From contig CAWJSK010000019.1 in NCBI GenBank assembly GCA_963845535.1, positions 224,001 to 288,000 of the forward strand: a stretch of DNA of 64,000 bases. Direction: 5' to 3'. This DNA is from an uncultured Spirochaetota bacterium. Lineage in GTDB: Bacteria; Spirochaetota; Spirochaetia; SZUA-6; Fen-1364. Below, one piece after another: positions 49,131 through 60,430 of this stretch (position 1 is its first letter; every line of letters starts with the position of its first letter). A program made the translations under genes and the position numbers. The notes under the pieces were generated by a model. That model ran no database searches and was not told the origin of the DNA. It worked only from the letters and a program-made list of their open reading frames with translations.

Positions 49131-50486
49131 ATGTCAAACGCGGGCTTTCCCAAGGGCTTTCTCTGGGGAACGGCAACTGCCGCTTACCAGATCGAGGGCG
49201 CTGCCAGGGAGGACGGCAAAGGCGAGTCGATCTGGGACAGGTTTTGTCGGGTCCCGGGAGTGATCCAAAACGGTGATACAGGCGACGTTGCCTGCGACCA
49301 CTACCACCGCTGGCGCGACGACCTGGAAAACATGCGCGATCTCGGCTTGAACGCATACCGGTTTTCCATCTCCTGGCCTCGCGTTCTTCCCTCCGGCAGC
49401 GGCAAGGTAAATGCCAGCGGCCTGGAGTTTTATGAGTCCCTTGTGGATGCTCTCCTCAAGGAGCGCATCGAGCCCGTGGTGACCCTGTATCACTGGGACC
49501 TGCCGCAGCCGCTCCAGGACCACGGCGGTTGGACCAACCACGACACGGCCTACAGGTTTGCCGATTACGCCGAAAAGGTTTTTCTCAAGCTCGGGGACCG
49601 CGTGAAGACCTGGATCACGCTGAACGAGCCCCAGGTGTCCGCGTTCGCGGGCTACGGAGACGGTGTGCATGCCCCCGGCATCAAGGACTTGGGTCAGGCG
49701 GTGCAGGCGTCCCATGTCCTCATGGTGGCCCACGCGCTTGCCGTGGAAGTGTACCGGGAGGCGAGCCCGGCCCGTCACAGGATCGGCGTTACGCTGGACC
49801 TGCACACCATGTATCCCTGGACCGACGGCGCCTCCGACGCGGATGCAACGCGCGTGGCCGACGGCCGCGTCAACCGATGGTTTCTCGACCCGGTGTTCCG
49901 CGGCACGTACCCGAGCGACATCCTTGCGCTCCTGGAAGCGGGCAGGGTGGCCCCTCGGATCGAAGCAAAGGACCTTGCCCTGCTTTCCGCCAATCCCGTT
50001 GACTTCCTCGGAGTGAACTACTACTTCCCGCAGCGTGTGCTGGCCAGTGACGCTGACCCGGTCCTCCACTACGAGTTCGCGGTCCACAAGGACATGGAAA
50101 GAACCCAGATGGGATGGGAGGTTTATCCTGAGGGGTTGTACGACCTGCTCCTCCGCCTGAAGTACGACTATGGAAACCCGAGCACCATGATCACGGAGAA
50201 CGGCGCGGCATATGCTGACACAAACGCCGTGAACGGGCAGGTGCAGGATGACGACAGGATCAGGTATATCCGCGACCACCTGGAACAAGCCCTTCGCGCC
50301 GTCAAGGACGGCGTGAAGCTGGAGGGCTATTTTCTCTGGACCCTCATGGACAACTTCGAGTGGTCGTGGGGATTCAGCCGAAAGTTCGGGATCACGAGCG
50401 TTGACCGCCACACCTTGGGAAGGACCTGGAAGAAAAGCGCCTCCTGGTACCAGAAGGTGGTTGCCACCAACGGCGAGCAGCTCTAG
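49131..50486 (+). CDS. GH1 beta-glucosidase
   Basis: FLWGTATAAYQIEG, TLNEP (acid/base), ITENG (nucleophile), DNFEW. Confidence 0.95.
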   Translation: MSNAGFPKGFLWGTATAAYQIEGAAREDGKGESIWDRFCRVPGVIQNGDTGDVACDHYHRWRDDLENMRDLGLNAYRFSISWPRVLPSGSGKVNASGLEFYESLVDALLKERIEPVVTLYHWDLPQPLQDHGGWTNHDTAYRFADYAEKVFLKLGDRVKTWITLNEPQVSAFAGYGDGVHAPGIKDLGQAVQASHVLMVAHALAVEVYREASPARHRIGVTLDLHTMYPWTDGASDADATRVADGRVNRWFLDPVFRGTYPSDILALLEAGRVAPRIEAKDLALLSANPVDFLGVNYYFPQRVLASDADPVLHYEFAVHKDMERTQMGWEVYPEGLYDLLLRLKYDYGNPSTMITENGAAYADTNAVNGQVQDDDRIRYIRDHLEQALRAVKDGVKLEGYFLWTLMDNFEWSWGFSRKFGITSVDRHTLGRTWKKSASWYQKVVATNGEQL

Positions 50487-50505
50487 GCGGGCGGAGGCAG
50501 GGCGG

Positions 50506-51228
50506 TCAGAACGTCCGGTCCCCAAAAGACTCAACCAGATCCTTGACTTCGAGCAGTCCCCTGATGCGAAACGGCTCGCCGTACTTCTTTCCGATCAGGT
50601 GACCGTAGTGGGCCATGCGCGTAAAAAGCAGCTCCATGAAATGCTCGCTCGAGATGAACGTGGGAGGTTCCGTCCCCGAGAAACCGGGGGTATGCACCTG
50701 CGTGCGGTATGCCTCCAAAGCGCGACGCTTGTCCTCGATATGCTCGCTGATGTCGACAACGAAGCTCGGCTCAAACTCCCAGCTCGACATGTAATAGACG
50801 AGCTCGGCCGGCCTGTGCGGTTTCTGCCCGGTGTCCAGCTTCGAAAGCCCGGAGAGGAAAGCAGCGTCCTGAACGATCCGTGAGGCAGCGCCGTGGTCCG
50901 GGTGCCGGTCCTCAGGCCACGGGAGAAGGACGATCCGCGGCTGGTGCTCCCTGATCTGGCGCACCACAACGGTCCGTGCCTGTTCATCCGGGCACAACCG
51001 GCCGTCCGGCAAGGACAGCATCCCATGATGCTTCATGCCCATCACGGCGCTTGCCGTCTCGAACTCGGCTGCCCGGGCTTCCACCGTGCCGCGGGTGCCC
51101 ATCTCTCCCCGCGTGAGGGAGATCACGCCGGTGGCCAGGCCTCGCTTTGCGGCCTTGATCAGGGTGCCCGCGGCGGCCAGCTCCACGTCGTCAGGATGAG
51201 CGCCAAAGGCAAGGATGTCGAGCTTCAC
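50506..51228 (-). CDS. bshB1: Bacillithiol biosynthesis deacetylase BshB1 (PIG-L family)
   Basis: LDILAFGAHPDDVEL, TRGEMGTRGT, DRHPDH, AYRTQ, YGEPF; overlaps the bshC stop. Confidence 0.9.
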   Translation of the reverse strand: MKLDILAFGAHPDDVELAAAGTLIKAAKRGLATGVISLTRGEMGTRGTVEARAAEFETASAVMGMKHHGMLSLPDGRLCPDEQARTVVVRQIREHQPRIVLLPWPEDRHPDHGAASRIVQDAAFLSGLSKLDTGQKPHRPAELVYYMSSWEFEPSFVVDISEHIEDKRRALEAYRTQVHTPGFSGTEPPTFISSEHFMELLFTRMAHYGHLIGKKYGEPFRIRGLLEVKDLVESFGDRTF

Positions 51229-52853
51229 GAGTCGATCACGACGCCCCTGTGCTCGGGGGCAAACGGGTCAATGGCTGCCAGCGCCTGGTCCAGCACGCGG
51301 GTGCCATGTCTGGCCAGGAACGGCAAGACCGTCAACGTTCTCTCCTGAAGGCCGCCGCGGGGGGCAAGGGAAGCGGCCATTCTCTCCACCTGGCCGCGAA
51401 GAATCTTGTCTCTTCTGCGGGCGGCCTGCACGATCTTTTTTTCAATGAAGTCGAACTGCCTGTCGCTCCTTGCGGCGGCGAGCTCAGTCGTTTTTTTGAG
51501 CGTCGGGTCAAGGCGGTTCACCTGCTCCACGAGGCCGCCCCAGATCCTGCCCACCTGGTTCCTCCCCTCGGAGAGGTTTTCGACGAGCGCCGGTGGGATC
51601 TCGCGCCTGACGATGTCGTCAATGACCCGCTCTCCGCGCATGATCACCTCTTGAAGGGAGAGGTGATGCTTCTCCATGAGCTTCTGGTGGCGCGATTCGA
51701 CCAGGGTCAGCGACGCCCGCGGGAACAACACGGGCATCGTTATCCCCATGGCCTTGTACGCCAGGGGAAGCTGGGCGAAGTATGCGAGCTCCGACGGCCC
51801 GAGGACCATGGCGAGCGTCGGGAAAAGGGAGTCCTGAAACAGGGGCCGAAGCGCCGCGTTGGGGCTGAACTGCTCCGGGCTCTGCCGCAGGAGCGCCGTA
51901 AGGTCTCCATTAGTGAACCTCCGCGCGGAGGCGCGCAGCTCGAACACGTCGTCACGAACGGCTATGGCCTCCCGCGCGGGATTCTGGAAAAACAGCGTCA
52001 GCATGCCGTCCCGCAGCTCGATCTGCGGGGAGTAGCCTGCGCGCTGAAGGAGTCGGGTCTGTTCCATCATGGCCCGGCTCACCGGGCTTTTCTCGGATAC
52101 CTCCCTCTCGAACAGGGGGAGGGCAATCCGTTTCAACCCCGGCTCGGAAGGATCCACGAGCACGAGCCCCTTTTCGCTGAAAAGAGACGCCATCCAGGCG
52201 CCGAAAGCCGCGGGATAGGTGCGTCCGGGAGCGTACGCGTCACGGAGCGAAGCGAGGATTTCCGCCGTGGAGCCGCCCTCCGGCAGCGCCGCGGAGAGCC
52301 CCTCGAACAGGCCGCTGATCTCCTCCCCGAGCCGGACCTGTGCGACGGGGAGCTTCGAGTCCTCATCCCCCGGCAGCCGCAGCTCGCGAAGCCCGCCGTC
52401 CCGGTCGATGACCGAAGCACGGTCCACCTCCGCCAGGTCGCTGTCCTCTGAGGCGATCCAGAAAACGGGTATCACCGGCTGACGGAGCTGGCTCTCGAGC
52501 TTCGCGGCAAGGGACAGCACGGTAAGCGCCTTGTTGGCGGTGTACAGGGGGCCGCCGAACAGCCCTGCCTGCTGGCCGCCGATCACCACGAGGGAGCGCG
52601 GGTCGGAGAGGCGCGCCACGTTGGCCAACGCGGCGGGGGCCGCCGCGAAGCGTCTGTTCTGCGCCTCGAGCACTGACCGCAATGACTCGCGGTCATAGCG
52701 CCTCTGGGCAAGCTCGTCACGCTGCTGGAGGAACGCTTTCGGGTCGCGAAACCATTTGGGGACGAGGGACAGAAACTTTTGATTCCCCTCCCAGCAGTCC
52801 CGGATCAGGCTGCCTGCCGGGAGCAGCTCGGCCAGGGGAACAGCATGGATCAT
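51225..52853 (-). CDS. bshC: Bacillithiol biosynthesis cysteine-adding enzyme BshC
   Basis: GGQQAGLFGGPLYTANKA, VFWIASEDSDLAEV, FSPNAALRPLFQD, GPSELAYFAQL, PRGGLQER; 542 aa. Confidence 0.92.
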   Translation of the reverse strand: MIHAVPLAELLPAGSLIRDCWEGNQKFLSLVPKWFRDPKAFLQQRDELAQRRYDRESLRSVLEAQNRRFAAAPAALANVARLSDPRSLVVIGGQQAGLFGGPLYTANKALTVLSLAAKLESQLRQPVIPVFWIASEDSDLAEVDRASVIDRDGGLRELRLPGDEDSKLPVAQVRLGEEISGLFEGLSAALPEGGSTAEILASLRDAYAPGRTYPAAFGAWMASLFSEKGLVLVDPSEPGLKRIALPLFEREVSEKSPVSRAMMEQTRLLQRAGYSPQIELRDGMLTLFFQNPAREAIAVRDDVFELRASARRFTNGDLTALLRQSPEQFSPNAALRPLFQDSLFPTLAMVLGPSELAYFAQLPLAYKAMGITMPVLFPRASLTLVESRHQKLMEKHHLSLQEVIMRGERVIDDIVRREIPPALVENLSEGRNQVGRIWGGLVEQVNRLDPTLKKTTELAAARSDRQFDFIEKKIVQAARRRDKILRGQVERMAASLAPRGGLQERTLTVLPFLARHGTRVLDQALAAIDPFAPEHRGVVIDS

Positions 52854-52865
52854 GGAAGAATGCTA

Positions 52866-54779
52866 CTACCTCTGGAAGAGCGTGGCAATCTCCTTGTGAT
52901 ACATCTGCGACACCACGTGGCGCTTGACGGAGGCTTTCGCGCTCAGCTCCACCCCGGCCTCGAAGTGTTTCGGGAGCAGCTTGAAGCGGAACACGCGCTC
53001 GAACTCCCGGAAGCCCCGTTTGGCGCTCACGCGGGAATTGATCTCGTCATAGATCAGCTCCTGGATCTGGGGGTTCTCCAGCAGGTCGGTCTTCTCGAGC
53101 CAGCCGATCTCCTGGCGGGCGGCGTATTTTTCCAGGGCTTCGTCGTTGGGCACGACGAGGGCCGCCAGGAACTTCTGGTCCTGGCCCACCACCATCACCT
53201 GGTCGATGTAGTCGCTCTCGAGGATGGTGTCCTCGATGGGGACAGGCTCCACGTTCTCCCCGCCCAAAAGCACGATCGTTTCCTTGGTCCTGCCGATGAT
53301 CTTCAGCTCTCCCCGCCACGTCATCATGCCCAGGTCCCCGGTATCCAGCCAGCCATCGGAGGAAAGGACCTCGGCGGTCCTGTCCGGCCTCTTGTAGTAG
53401 CCTTTCATCACGTTGGGGCCCCTGACATGGATGACGCCCTTTTTCCCCGGCCCCACCTCGGCGCCCGTCTCAGGGTCCAGGAGCTTCACCTCCAGCTCAT
53501 CGAGGGCCGGTCCTATTGTTCCGGGGACCGGCCGGTTCTGAACCCGCGCGGAGATGACGGGCGTCGTCTCAGTCAGGCCGTAGCCTTCCAGCAGGAGAAC
53601 TCCCACCGCCTGGAAGAACTTGTCCACGTGCTGCGGCAGCGCTCCTCCGCCGGAGACCGTGAATCTGAACCTCCCGCCAAGGCGCATCTTGATTTTCTTG
53701 AATACGAGCAGTTCGCCGAGCGCCTTGAACGGCATGAGCAGGATGAAGGGAAGGATACCAAGGAGAAAATCCGTCACGAAGAACCGCCGGCTGAACTGCG
53801 GATAGCGGCCGCTCACCAGCGCGCTTGCCGTGGCGTGTGCCTTGCCGACAGCGACGAAGAAATGAAAAAGCGCCTTCTTGACGCCGCCTTCCTCATTGAC
53901 GTTGCGATAGACCGCGGAGCGGACCCCTTCCCAGATGCGCGGCACGGACGCCATGACGGTGGGCCGCACGGCAGCCATGTCCGCCAGCATGATCTTGCCG
54001 ACAGGCTTGGAGTACGCCAGCGCGGTCCCCTGGGACAACGCGAAGTTGTCGATGATCCGCTCGAAGGAGTGCCAGACCGGGAGCACGGAGAGGAAGATGT
54101 CTCCGGGGCCGATGTGGAGGACCCTGGGTATGGTGCGCATGTTGTGGAGAAAGTTGCCGTGGGAGAGCATCACCCCCTTCGGCTCCCCGGTGGTTCCCGA
54201 GGTATAGATGATGGTTGCCAGGTCCGCGGGCTCTCCCTTCTCCATTTCCCTCGTGAAAGCCTGGGGGTCTGAGGCGAGGAGCTTCTCTCCGCGCCTGATG
54301 ATTTCCTGGAAGGGGACCACACGGGCTCCGCAGGCGGACTCGGGAAATGCTTCCGGATGGAAGTCTTCATCGAATACTATGATGCTCGTGAGGAGTGGAA
54401 GGTCCTGCTTCTTCGAGAGGATCTTCTTGAGTTGCTCGGTGTTCTCCACTATGGTGAAAGCGCAGTCCGCGTGCTGCAGGATGTAGCGCGCTTCATCCGG
54501 CATGGTGTCAGCCCCGCGCGGCACGTCTGCGGCCCCGATCCCCAGAATGCCCTGGTTGGCTATCATCCATTCGACGCGATTGTCGGATATGACGCCGACG
54601 TGGTCCCCGCGCTTGACGCCGAAGTCCAGCAATCCCGCGCCAAAGCGTTCGAACTGGGAAGCAAACTCCCCGAAGCTCAGCGTCGTCCATTCACCATTTC
54701 TGACCTTGCTCATCAGGGCGGCGGAGTCGGGGTATTCATGACACACCGACCACATGGTCTTTACGACGGTGTCTTCCAT
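52866..54779 (-). CDS. Long-chain fatty acid-CoA ligase (AMP-binding)
   Basis: IIYTSGTTGEPKGV, EGYGLTET, DTGDLG, GRTKE, GENVEP. Confidence 0.92.
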   Translation of the reverse strand: MEDTVVKTMWSVCHEYPDSAALMSKVRNGEWTTLSFGEFASQFERFGAGLLDFGVKRGDHVGVISDNRVEWMIANQGILGIGAADVPRGADTMPDEARYILQHADCAFTIVENTEQLKKILSKKQDLPLLTSIIVFDEDFHPEAFPESACGARVVPFQEIIRRGEKLLASDPQAFTREMEKGEPADLATIIYTSGTTGEPKGVMLSHGNFLHNMRTIPRVLHIGPGDIFLSVLPVWHSFERIIDNFALSQGTALAYSKPVGKIMLADMAAVRPTVMASVPRIWEGVRSAVYRNVNEEGGVKKALFHFFVAVGKAHATASALVSGRYPQFSRRFFVTDFLLGILPFILLMPFKALGELLVFKKIKMRLGGRFRFTVSGGGALPQHVDKFFQAVGVLLLEGYGLTETTPVISARVQNRPVPGTIGPALDELEVKLLDPETGAEVGPGKKGVIHVRGPNVMKGYYKRPDRTAEVLSSDGWLDTGDLGMMTWRGELKIIGRTKETIVLLGGENVEPVPIEDTILESDYIDQVMVVGQDQKFLAALVVPNDEALEKYAARQEIGWLEKTDLLENPQIQELIYDEINSRVSAKRGFREFERVFRFKLLPKHFEAGVELSAKASVKRHVVSQMYHKEIATLFQR

Positions 54780-54935
54780 TCCAGGCCTCCCCATCAGCGA
54801 ACCATATTTTTTTGGTCGGATTTACAATTGGCCAAGACTACCATAGCCTATCGATGCAATCAAGAATTCTTTTGCCCCGGCAAGGGTCCCCGTCAGTACC
54901 TTATCGTTTGAAGCGAATGTTCAGGAGGATTTGAC

Positions 54936-55625
54936 ATGTTGACTCTTCGATATCACGGCCATGACTGCTGGGAGATTGACGACGGCGCGCACCGCCTGCT
55001 GATTGATCCGTTCCTGGAAGGGAACCCGACGGCCACCGTGAAGCCTGATTCCTTCACGAAGCTGGATGCGGTCCTCGTGACCCACGGACATGGAGACCAC
55101 CTGGGGGACGCGGCGGCCATCGCCCGCAAGACAGGCGCCATGGTCGTATCCAACTACGAGATCGTGGGCTATCTCCAGGGAAAGGGCGCCGCAAACGGGC
55201 ATCCCCTGCATATCGGCGGAGGCTGGCAGTTTCCTTTCGGGAACGTGAAGCTCACCATTGCCCACCACGGTTCAACGGGCCCCAACGGGGAAGCGTTGGG
55301 AAACCCCGCGGGGATCCTCCTCACCATGGGAGGGAAAAAAGTGTATCACGCGGGAGACACGGGGCTGTTCCTCGACATGCAGCTCATTGGTGACGCCTGG
55401 GGTCCGCTGGACGTGGCGCTCCTGCCGATTGGCGACAACTTCACCATGGGCATAGACGACGCCGTGCGCGCGGCGGGATTCCTGAAGGCGAAGGTCTGCA
55501 TCCCGATGCACTACAACACCTTCGACCTGATCAAGGCCGATCCCGCGGAGTTCGTGAGAAAGGCAAAGGCAAAGGGGCACAACGCCGTTGTGGTGGCCCC
55601 GGGGGAGACGTACAAGGTCGCCTAG
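54936..55625 (+). CDS. Metal-dependent hydrolase, MBL fold (UPF0173)
   Basis: THGHGDHLGD, YHAGDTG, LPIGDNFTMG, PMHYNTF. Confidence 0.92.
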   Translation: MLTLRYHGHDCWEIDDGAHRLLIDPFLEGNPTATVKPDSFTKLDAVLVTHGHGDHLGDAAAIARKTGAMVVSNYEIVGYLQGKGAANGHPLHIGGGWQFPFGNVKLTIAHHGSTGPNGEALGNPAGILLTMGGKKVYHAGDTGLFLDMQLIGDAWGPLDVALLPIGDNFTMGIDDAVRAAGFLKAKVCIPMHYNTFDLIKADPAEFVRKAKAKGHNAVVVAPGETYKVA

Positions 55626-55655
55626 CGCAGTGCCGCGGGGGTCCACCGCGCGGGC

Positions 55656-55958
55656 TTAGCTCTCCAGGAACCTCGACAGGAGCCTTCGGGCGTCTTCCAG
55701 TCCCCGGATGAACGCTGACCTCTCCTCTTCGCGCAGAGGTGCATCTTTGGGAACGCCCGAGCGCCGGGAGAAGTCGAAGAACCTGAGGGACTTGAACCGT
55801 CCCGCCTGCTCGGAGCCTTTCCCGAAGACTTCCTCAACGTTCCTTTCAGCCTTGTCTTTCCATTCCTTGAACTTCGACTCCTGCGGGTCGCGCGAGCGCA
55901 ATCCGTTCAGGTCGCTGATCAAGGACTGGATCTTGGACTTGTCCTCAGCCTTTACCAT
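55656..55958 (-). CDS. Small hypothetical helical protein coupled to kbl
   Basis: GGAAAGGAAGG SD-like sequence, ATG overlapping the kbl 3' end; [21 protein letters not shown] pattern. Confidence 0.7.
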   Translation of the reverse strand: MVKAEDKSKIQSLISDLNGLRSRDPQESKFKEWKDKAERNVEEVFGKGSEQAGRFKSLRFFDFSRRSGVPKDAPLREEERSAFIRGLEDARRLLSRFLES

Positions 55959-57160
55959 AGAGCCTTCCTTTCCTCGACGATCCCCAAAGCGGACCCGACG
56001 CGCACGAACGACTCCAGCGCCCGGCGGAGGTCTTCCCGCGTGTGCAGCGCGGAAAGCTGAACCCTGATGCGGGCCTGGCCTTTGGGAACAACGGGGTAGC
56101 TGAACCCGGTCACGTAGATTCCCTCATCCAGCAGCCTGCGGGCCATTTCCACAGTTCGGCTTTCATCAGAGAGCATGATGGGGACAATGGGGTGAGATCC
56201 CGGCTTGACGTCGAAACCCGCTTTCGTGATTGCGGCCCGGAACACCTTTGCGTTTTCCTCCAACCTGTCACGCAGCTCGGTGCTCTTCGAAAGGAGGTCC
56301 AGGACAGCCAGCGTGGTGGCCGCTACCATGGGCGCAAGAGAGTTCGAAAAAAGGTACGGGCGGCTGCGCTGGCGCAAGAGCTGGATCATCTCCGTGCGGC
56401 CCGAGATGCAGCCCCCCGTGGCTCCCCCGAGCGCCTTGCCGAACGTAGTCGATATGGCGTCCACCCGGCCCATCACCCCGAAGTGCTCCGCGGTTCCCCG
56501 CCCGGTCTTCCCGACGAAACCCGTGGCGTGGCTGTCATCCACCATGACGAGCGCCTGATGACGCTCGGCAAGGGCGCAGATCTCGGGAAGCTTCGCGTAA
56601 TCCCCGTCCATGGAGAAAACGCCGTCGGTTACGATGAGCCGAACGGGAGATGAGGAAGCCTCCGCGAGCTTGCGTCCCAGATCTTCCATGTCCCCGTGGG
56701 CGTAGATCAGCCGCCTGGCTTTGCACAGCCGGGCGCCGTCGATGATCGAGGCGTGGTTGAGCTGGTCCGTGATGAGGGCGCATTCTTCGTTCAGCAAGGG
56801 CTCGAAGATGCCGCCGTTTGCGTCGAAGCAGGACGAGTACAGGATTGTTTCTTCGGTCCCCAGAAAGGCTGACATCCGCTCTTCGAGCTCCCGGTGGACT
56901 TCCTGCGTGCCGCAGATGAAGCGCACCGAGGCCATGCCGTATCCCCACCGGTCCAAAGCCCGGTGAGCGGCCTCGATCACGGCGGGATGCGAGGCGAGGC
57001 CGAGGTAGTTGTTTGCGCAGAAGTTCAGGACCTCCCTGCCTCCGACGCGGATGCGGACGCCTTGCGGGCTTCCAATGATCCGCTCTTCCTTGAACGTTCC
57101 CGCCGCGCGGATCTCCCCCACGGCGGCGGCGAGCCTTCCCCGCACTTTCTGATCAAGCAT
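55952..57160 (-). CDS. kbl: Glycine C-acetyltransferase (2-amino-3-ketobutyrate CoA ligase)
   Basis: [53 protein letters not shown]. Confidence 0.95.
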   Translation of the reverse strand: MLDQKVRGRLAAAVGEIRAAGTFKEERIIGSPQGVRIRVGGREVLNFCANNYLGLASHPAVIEAAHRALDRWGYGMASVRFICGTQEVHRELEERMSAFLGTEETILYSSCFDANGGIFEPLLNEECALITDQLNHASIIDGARLCKARRLIYAHGDMEDLGRKLAEASSSPVRLIVTDGVFSMDGDYAKLPEICALAERHQALVMVDDSHATGFVGKTGRGTAEHFGVMGRVDAISTTFGKALGGATGGCISGRTEMIQLLRQRSRPYLFSNSLAPMVAATTLAVLDLLSKSTELRDRLEENAKVFRAAITKAGFDVKPGSHPIVPIMLSDESRTVEMARRLLDEGIYVTGFSYPVVPKGQARIRVQLSALHTREDLRRALESFVRVGSALGIVEERKALW

Positions 57161-58193
57161 CGTCTTTGTCCTCCGCCAGCTCCAGGACCACCTTCCCGCA
57201 ATCCCCCGACTGCATTGCCTCGAAACCCTTGCGGAAGTCCTCCAGGGGAAACCGGTGGGTAAGCACGGGGGAAACGTCCAGGCCGCTTTGGAGCATTGTC
57301 TGCATCTTGTACCAGGTCTCGAAGATTTCCCTCCCGTAGATTCCCTTGATGATCAATCCCTTGAAGATCACCTGGTCCCACCGAATCCCGGTGGAGTTGG
57401 GGAGGATCCCCAGGAGTGAAATTCGCCCCCCATGGTACATGTTCTCCAGCATGGACTCGAAAGCCGAGCCGTTCCCCGACATCTCCAGGCCGATGTCGAA
57501 CCCAATGATCCCCAGCTGCTTGCGCGCCTCTTCAATGCTCGTGCGCTTCACGTTGACGGTCAGGGTGGCCCCCATTTTCGCCGCGAGGCCGAGCCGGAAG
57601 TCGTTGACGTCGGTGACCACGATCCGCTGGGCCCCGCAGTGGCGGCAAATGGCGGCGGCCATGACGCCGATGGGGCCCGCTCCCGTGATGAGGACGTCCT
57701 CACCCACCAGGTCGAAGGAAAGGGCAGAGTGAGTGGCATTGCCGAGCGGGTCGAGGAAGCTTGCGATCTCGGAAGGGATGCGGGGATGCACGTGCCAGGC
57801 GTTGCCCGCGGGAAGCGAGAGATATTCCGCGAAACAGCCGTCGCGGTTCACGCCGATCCCCACCGTGTTCGTGCACAGGTGCCTGCGTCCGGCCCGGCAA
57901 CTGCGGCAGACCCCGCACACGATGTGGCCTTCCCCTGAGACGCGCTCACCGATCTGGTAGCCGCGGACGTTCGCCCCCATTCCCACGATCCTGCCAACGA
58001 ACTCGTGGCCGGTGATGACGGGCGGCTTGATGGTCCTCTGCGACCATTCGTCCCAGTTCCAGATGTGCAGATCAGTGCCGCAGATGGCGGCCTTGGTCAC
58101 CTTCACCAGGAGGTCGTTTCCGCCTATCTCGGGTACGGGCACTTCCTCCATCTCCAGGCCTTTGCCTGCCGATTTCTTTACCAGGGCTTTCAT
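57153..58193 (-). CDS. tdh: L-threonine 3-dehydrogenase
   Basis: [44 protein letters not shown]. Confidence 0.95.
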   Translation of the reverse strand: MKALVKKSAGKGLEMEEVPVPEIGGNDLLVKVTKAAICGTDLHIWNWDEWSQRTIKPPVITGHEFVGRIVGMGANVRGYQIGERVSGEGHIVCGVCRSCRAGRRHLCTNTVGIGVNRDGCFAEYLSLPAGNAWHVHPRIPSEIASFLDPLGNATHSALSFDLVGEDVLITGAGPIGVMAAAICRHCGAQRIVVTDVNDFRLGLAAKMGATLTVNVKRTSIEEARKQLGIIGFDIGLEMSGNGSAFESMLENMYHGGRISLLGILPNSTGIRWDQVIFKGLIIKGIYGREIFETWYKMQTMLQSGLDVSPVLTHRFPLEDFRKGFEAMQSGDCGKVVLELAEDKDDA

Positions 58194-58206
58194 GGCCCCG
58201 ATTATA
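58194..58206 (-). promoter_or_regulatory. -10 box of probably leaderless tdh
   Basis: Consensus TATAAT-7nt-ATG(58193), immediately after the upstream stop codon; no SD. Confidence 0.6.
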
Positions 58207-58620
58207 CTATGCGTACTTGCGATTGATCAGCCAGAGGGCAAGAAGGATGATCACGTCCGCGCACAGTCGGTTGAGCCAGATGAGGAAGTCAGGCTCGAAC
58301 GGTCCCTGGGCAAAGAAGCCAATGATGATCTCCACGACCCAGAGGATGGCGATGATGACTGTCAGCCAGTACACCAGGCGGCTTCGGACGTTGACGAAAA
58401 GACCGGCGAACACGATCACACCGGCGGCGAGCTCGATAATGGCCACGATGATGTTCAACGGATTGTTCGCGGCCCCAAAGAGCCTGCTCATGCTGCGGCC
58501 GAACTGGGCCATGCCCGAGCTCCAATCGATGATCCCGATCAATCCCAACGTGAAGAGAAACAGCGCCACGACAATCTGGATGACGCTGACGGCGTCGAAG
58601 GAGAGGGCCCTTCTGGTCAT
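58207..58620 (-). CDS. Hypothetical 4-TM membrane protein
   Basis: AGGAGG SD; four hydrophobic segments. Confidence 0.75.
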   Translation of the reverse strand: MTRRALSFDAVSVIQIVVALFLFTLGLIGIIDWSSGMAQFGRSMSRLFGAANNPLNIIVAIIELAAGVIVFAGLFVNVRSRLVYWLTVIIAILWVVEIIIGFFAQGPFEPDFLIWLNRLCADVIILLALWLINRKYA

Positions 58621-58700
58621 GATGTCCTCCTGGGCAAAGTGTACCCCACCTTGCGCCTTCCCGACCATTCGGCTACCGTTTGCTGACAAGGGGGAAAGTC

Positions 58701-59489
58701 ATGAGAAAAATCGTCATTGTCCTGACAGCCTTCTTCATTGCGAGCGCCGCTTTTGCCCAGACGAAGGCCATGCCGGACCTGAAAGGCAGGACCATTCGCG
58801 CGGTGACGGAGAACGCGTTCACACCGCTGAACTTCGTGGACCCCAAGACGGGGAAGGCCATGGGATGGGAGTACGACGCCGTCAATGAGATCGGGAAGAG
58901 ACTGAACGCGAAGATCGTCTGGAACATCTGCTCCTGGGACACGATGATCCAGGCAATCCGCGACGGCCAGTACGACGTGGGGATGGACGGGATCTCGATC
59001 ACCGATGAGCGCAAGAAGCAGGTGGACTTCTCGGACCCCTACATGGTGAGCCAGCAGTTCATGCTGGTGCGAAAGAGCGAATCACGCTTCAAGAGCGCGG
59101 CCGAGTTCAACGCGAACCCGAAGCTTCTGATCGGTTCCCAGGCCGGAACCACGAATTTTTACGTTGCCGTGTACAACGTTCTTGACGGCAAGGAAGACAA
59201 CCCGAGGATCAAGCTCTTCGAGACTTTCGGCGCAACGGTGCAGGCGCTCCTTGCGGGAGACGTTGACTGCGTCCTCATGGACGCCGCGTCCAGCCGCGGC
59301 TACGTCGGCGCCAATCCGGAGAAGCTGAAAGTGGTCGGGGACCCGCTGGGCACGGACAACTACGGGTTCATCTTCAAGCTTGGATCGGACCTCGTTGCCC
59401 CGTTCAATGCCGCAATCGCGGGAATGAAAGCGGACGGCACCCTGGACAAGCTCACCACGAAGTGGTTCTACGACTATAACGCCAAGTAG
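58701..59489 (+). CDS. Polar amino acid ABC transporter substrate-binding protein (SBP_bac_3)
   Basis: Signal peptide, [33 protein letters not shown]. Confidence 0.92.
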   Translation: MRKIVIVLTAFFIASAAFAQTKAMPDLKGRTIRAVTENAFTPLNFVDPKTGKAMGWEYDAVNEIGKRLNAKIVWNICSWDTMIQAIRDGQYDVGMDGISITDERKKQVDFSDPYMVSQQFMLVRKSESRFKSAAEFNANPKLLIGSQAGTTNFYVAVYNVLDGKEDNPRIKLFETFGATVQALLAGDVDCVLMDAASSRGYVGANPEKLKVVGDPLGTDNYGFIFKLGSDLVAPFNAAIAGMKADGTLDKLTTKWFYDYNAK

Positions 59490-59544
59490 CGAGCAGGCGG
59501 ACGCGCGGAGGGGAGGGGAGCATCTCCTCCCTTTCGCGGACGGG

Positions 59545-60339
59545 CTGAAAAGACTCCCTTTCTGGCTTCTCGGCATCATCCTGCTCGGGGTCCTCATCCT
59601 TTGGAGCATCGCGAGCAGGAACGATTACCAGATCATCTTCATCGCCACGGCGAAGGGGCTTGTCACCACGCTCTGGGTTTCCCTGGTCGCGTTTGCCTTT
59701 TCCATAGCCGTGGGCCTTTTCCTCGGCCTGTGCCGGACCTCCCCGTCACGGCCCGTGCGCGAGATTGCCACCTTCTGGGTGGAGATCGTTCGCGGCGTCC
59801 CGATGCTCGTGATCCTCTATTACATCGCGTTCATCGGGGCTCCGGGCCTCGTCGAGGCCGTGAATTTCATCCTGTCTCCGCTTGTCAACGCGGGAATCAT
59901 GGCGCCCCTGAGCGTACGGAGCATCGATTTTTCCTGGAGGGCCATCATTGCGCTCACTCTTGGCTATGGCGCTTTCATTTCCGAGATATTCAGGGCGGGC
60001 ATCGAATCCATCCATGCCGGTCAGTGGGAGGCGGCCTATGCGCTGGGTCTTCGAAGGCGGCAGGCGCTCCGCCTCATTGTTCTTCCCCAGGCCGTTCGCA
60101 ACGTGCTCCCTCCCCTGGGCAACGAGTTTGTCGCCATGATCAAGGACTCGGCGCTCGTGAGCGCCCTTGGCGTTCAGGATGTGACCCAGATGGGCAAGGT
60201 CTATGCCGCCAGCACATTCAAGTTCTTCGAGACATACAACATCGTCGCCTTCCTCTACCTGTTTCTCACCATCACGCTGTCCATGCTGGTGCGCGTCCTG
60301 GAAAAGAAGCTGAAGACGGGCCGGCGCAGCGCCGTGTGA
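59545..60339 (+). CDS. Polar amino acid ABC transporter permease (start uncertain)
   Basis: [39 protein letters not shown]. The frame stays open and hydrophobic upstream of GTG 59710. Confidence 0.85.
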   Translation: MKRLPFWLLGIILLGVLILWSIASRNDYQIIFIATAKGLVTTLWVSLVAFAFSIAVGLFLGLCRTSPSRPVREIATFWVEIVRGVPMLVILYYIAFIGAPGLVEAVNFILSPLVNAGIMAPLSVRSIDFSWRAIIALTLGYGAFISEIFRAGIESIHAGQWEAAYALGLRRRQALRLIVLPQAVRNVLPPLGNEFVAMIKDSALVSALGVQDVTQMGKVYAASTFKFFETYNIVAFLYLFLTITLSMLVRVLEKKLKTGRRSAV

Positions 60340-60430
60340 CAACCGTCATGAGACGGTCCTGACAGAAGACACCGAAAAGTCCTGACGCTCTCCACTACTG
60401 CGTTGGTTTCAGCGCGGGCATATTCTGTCC

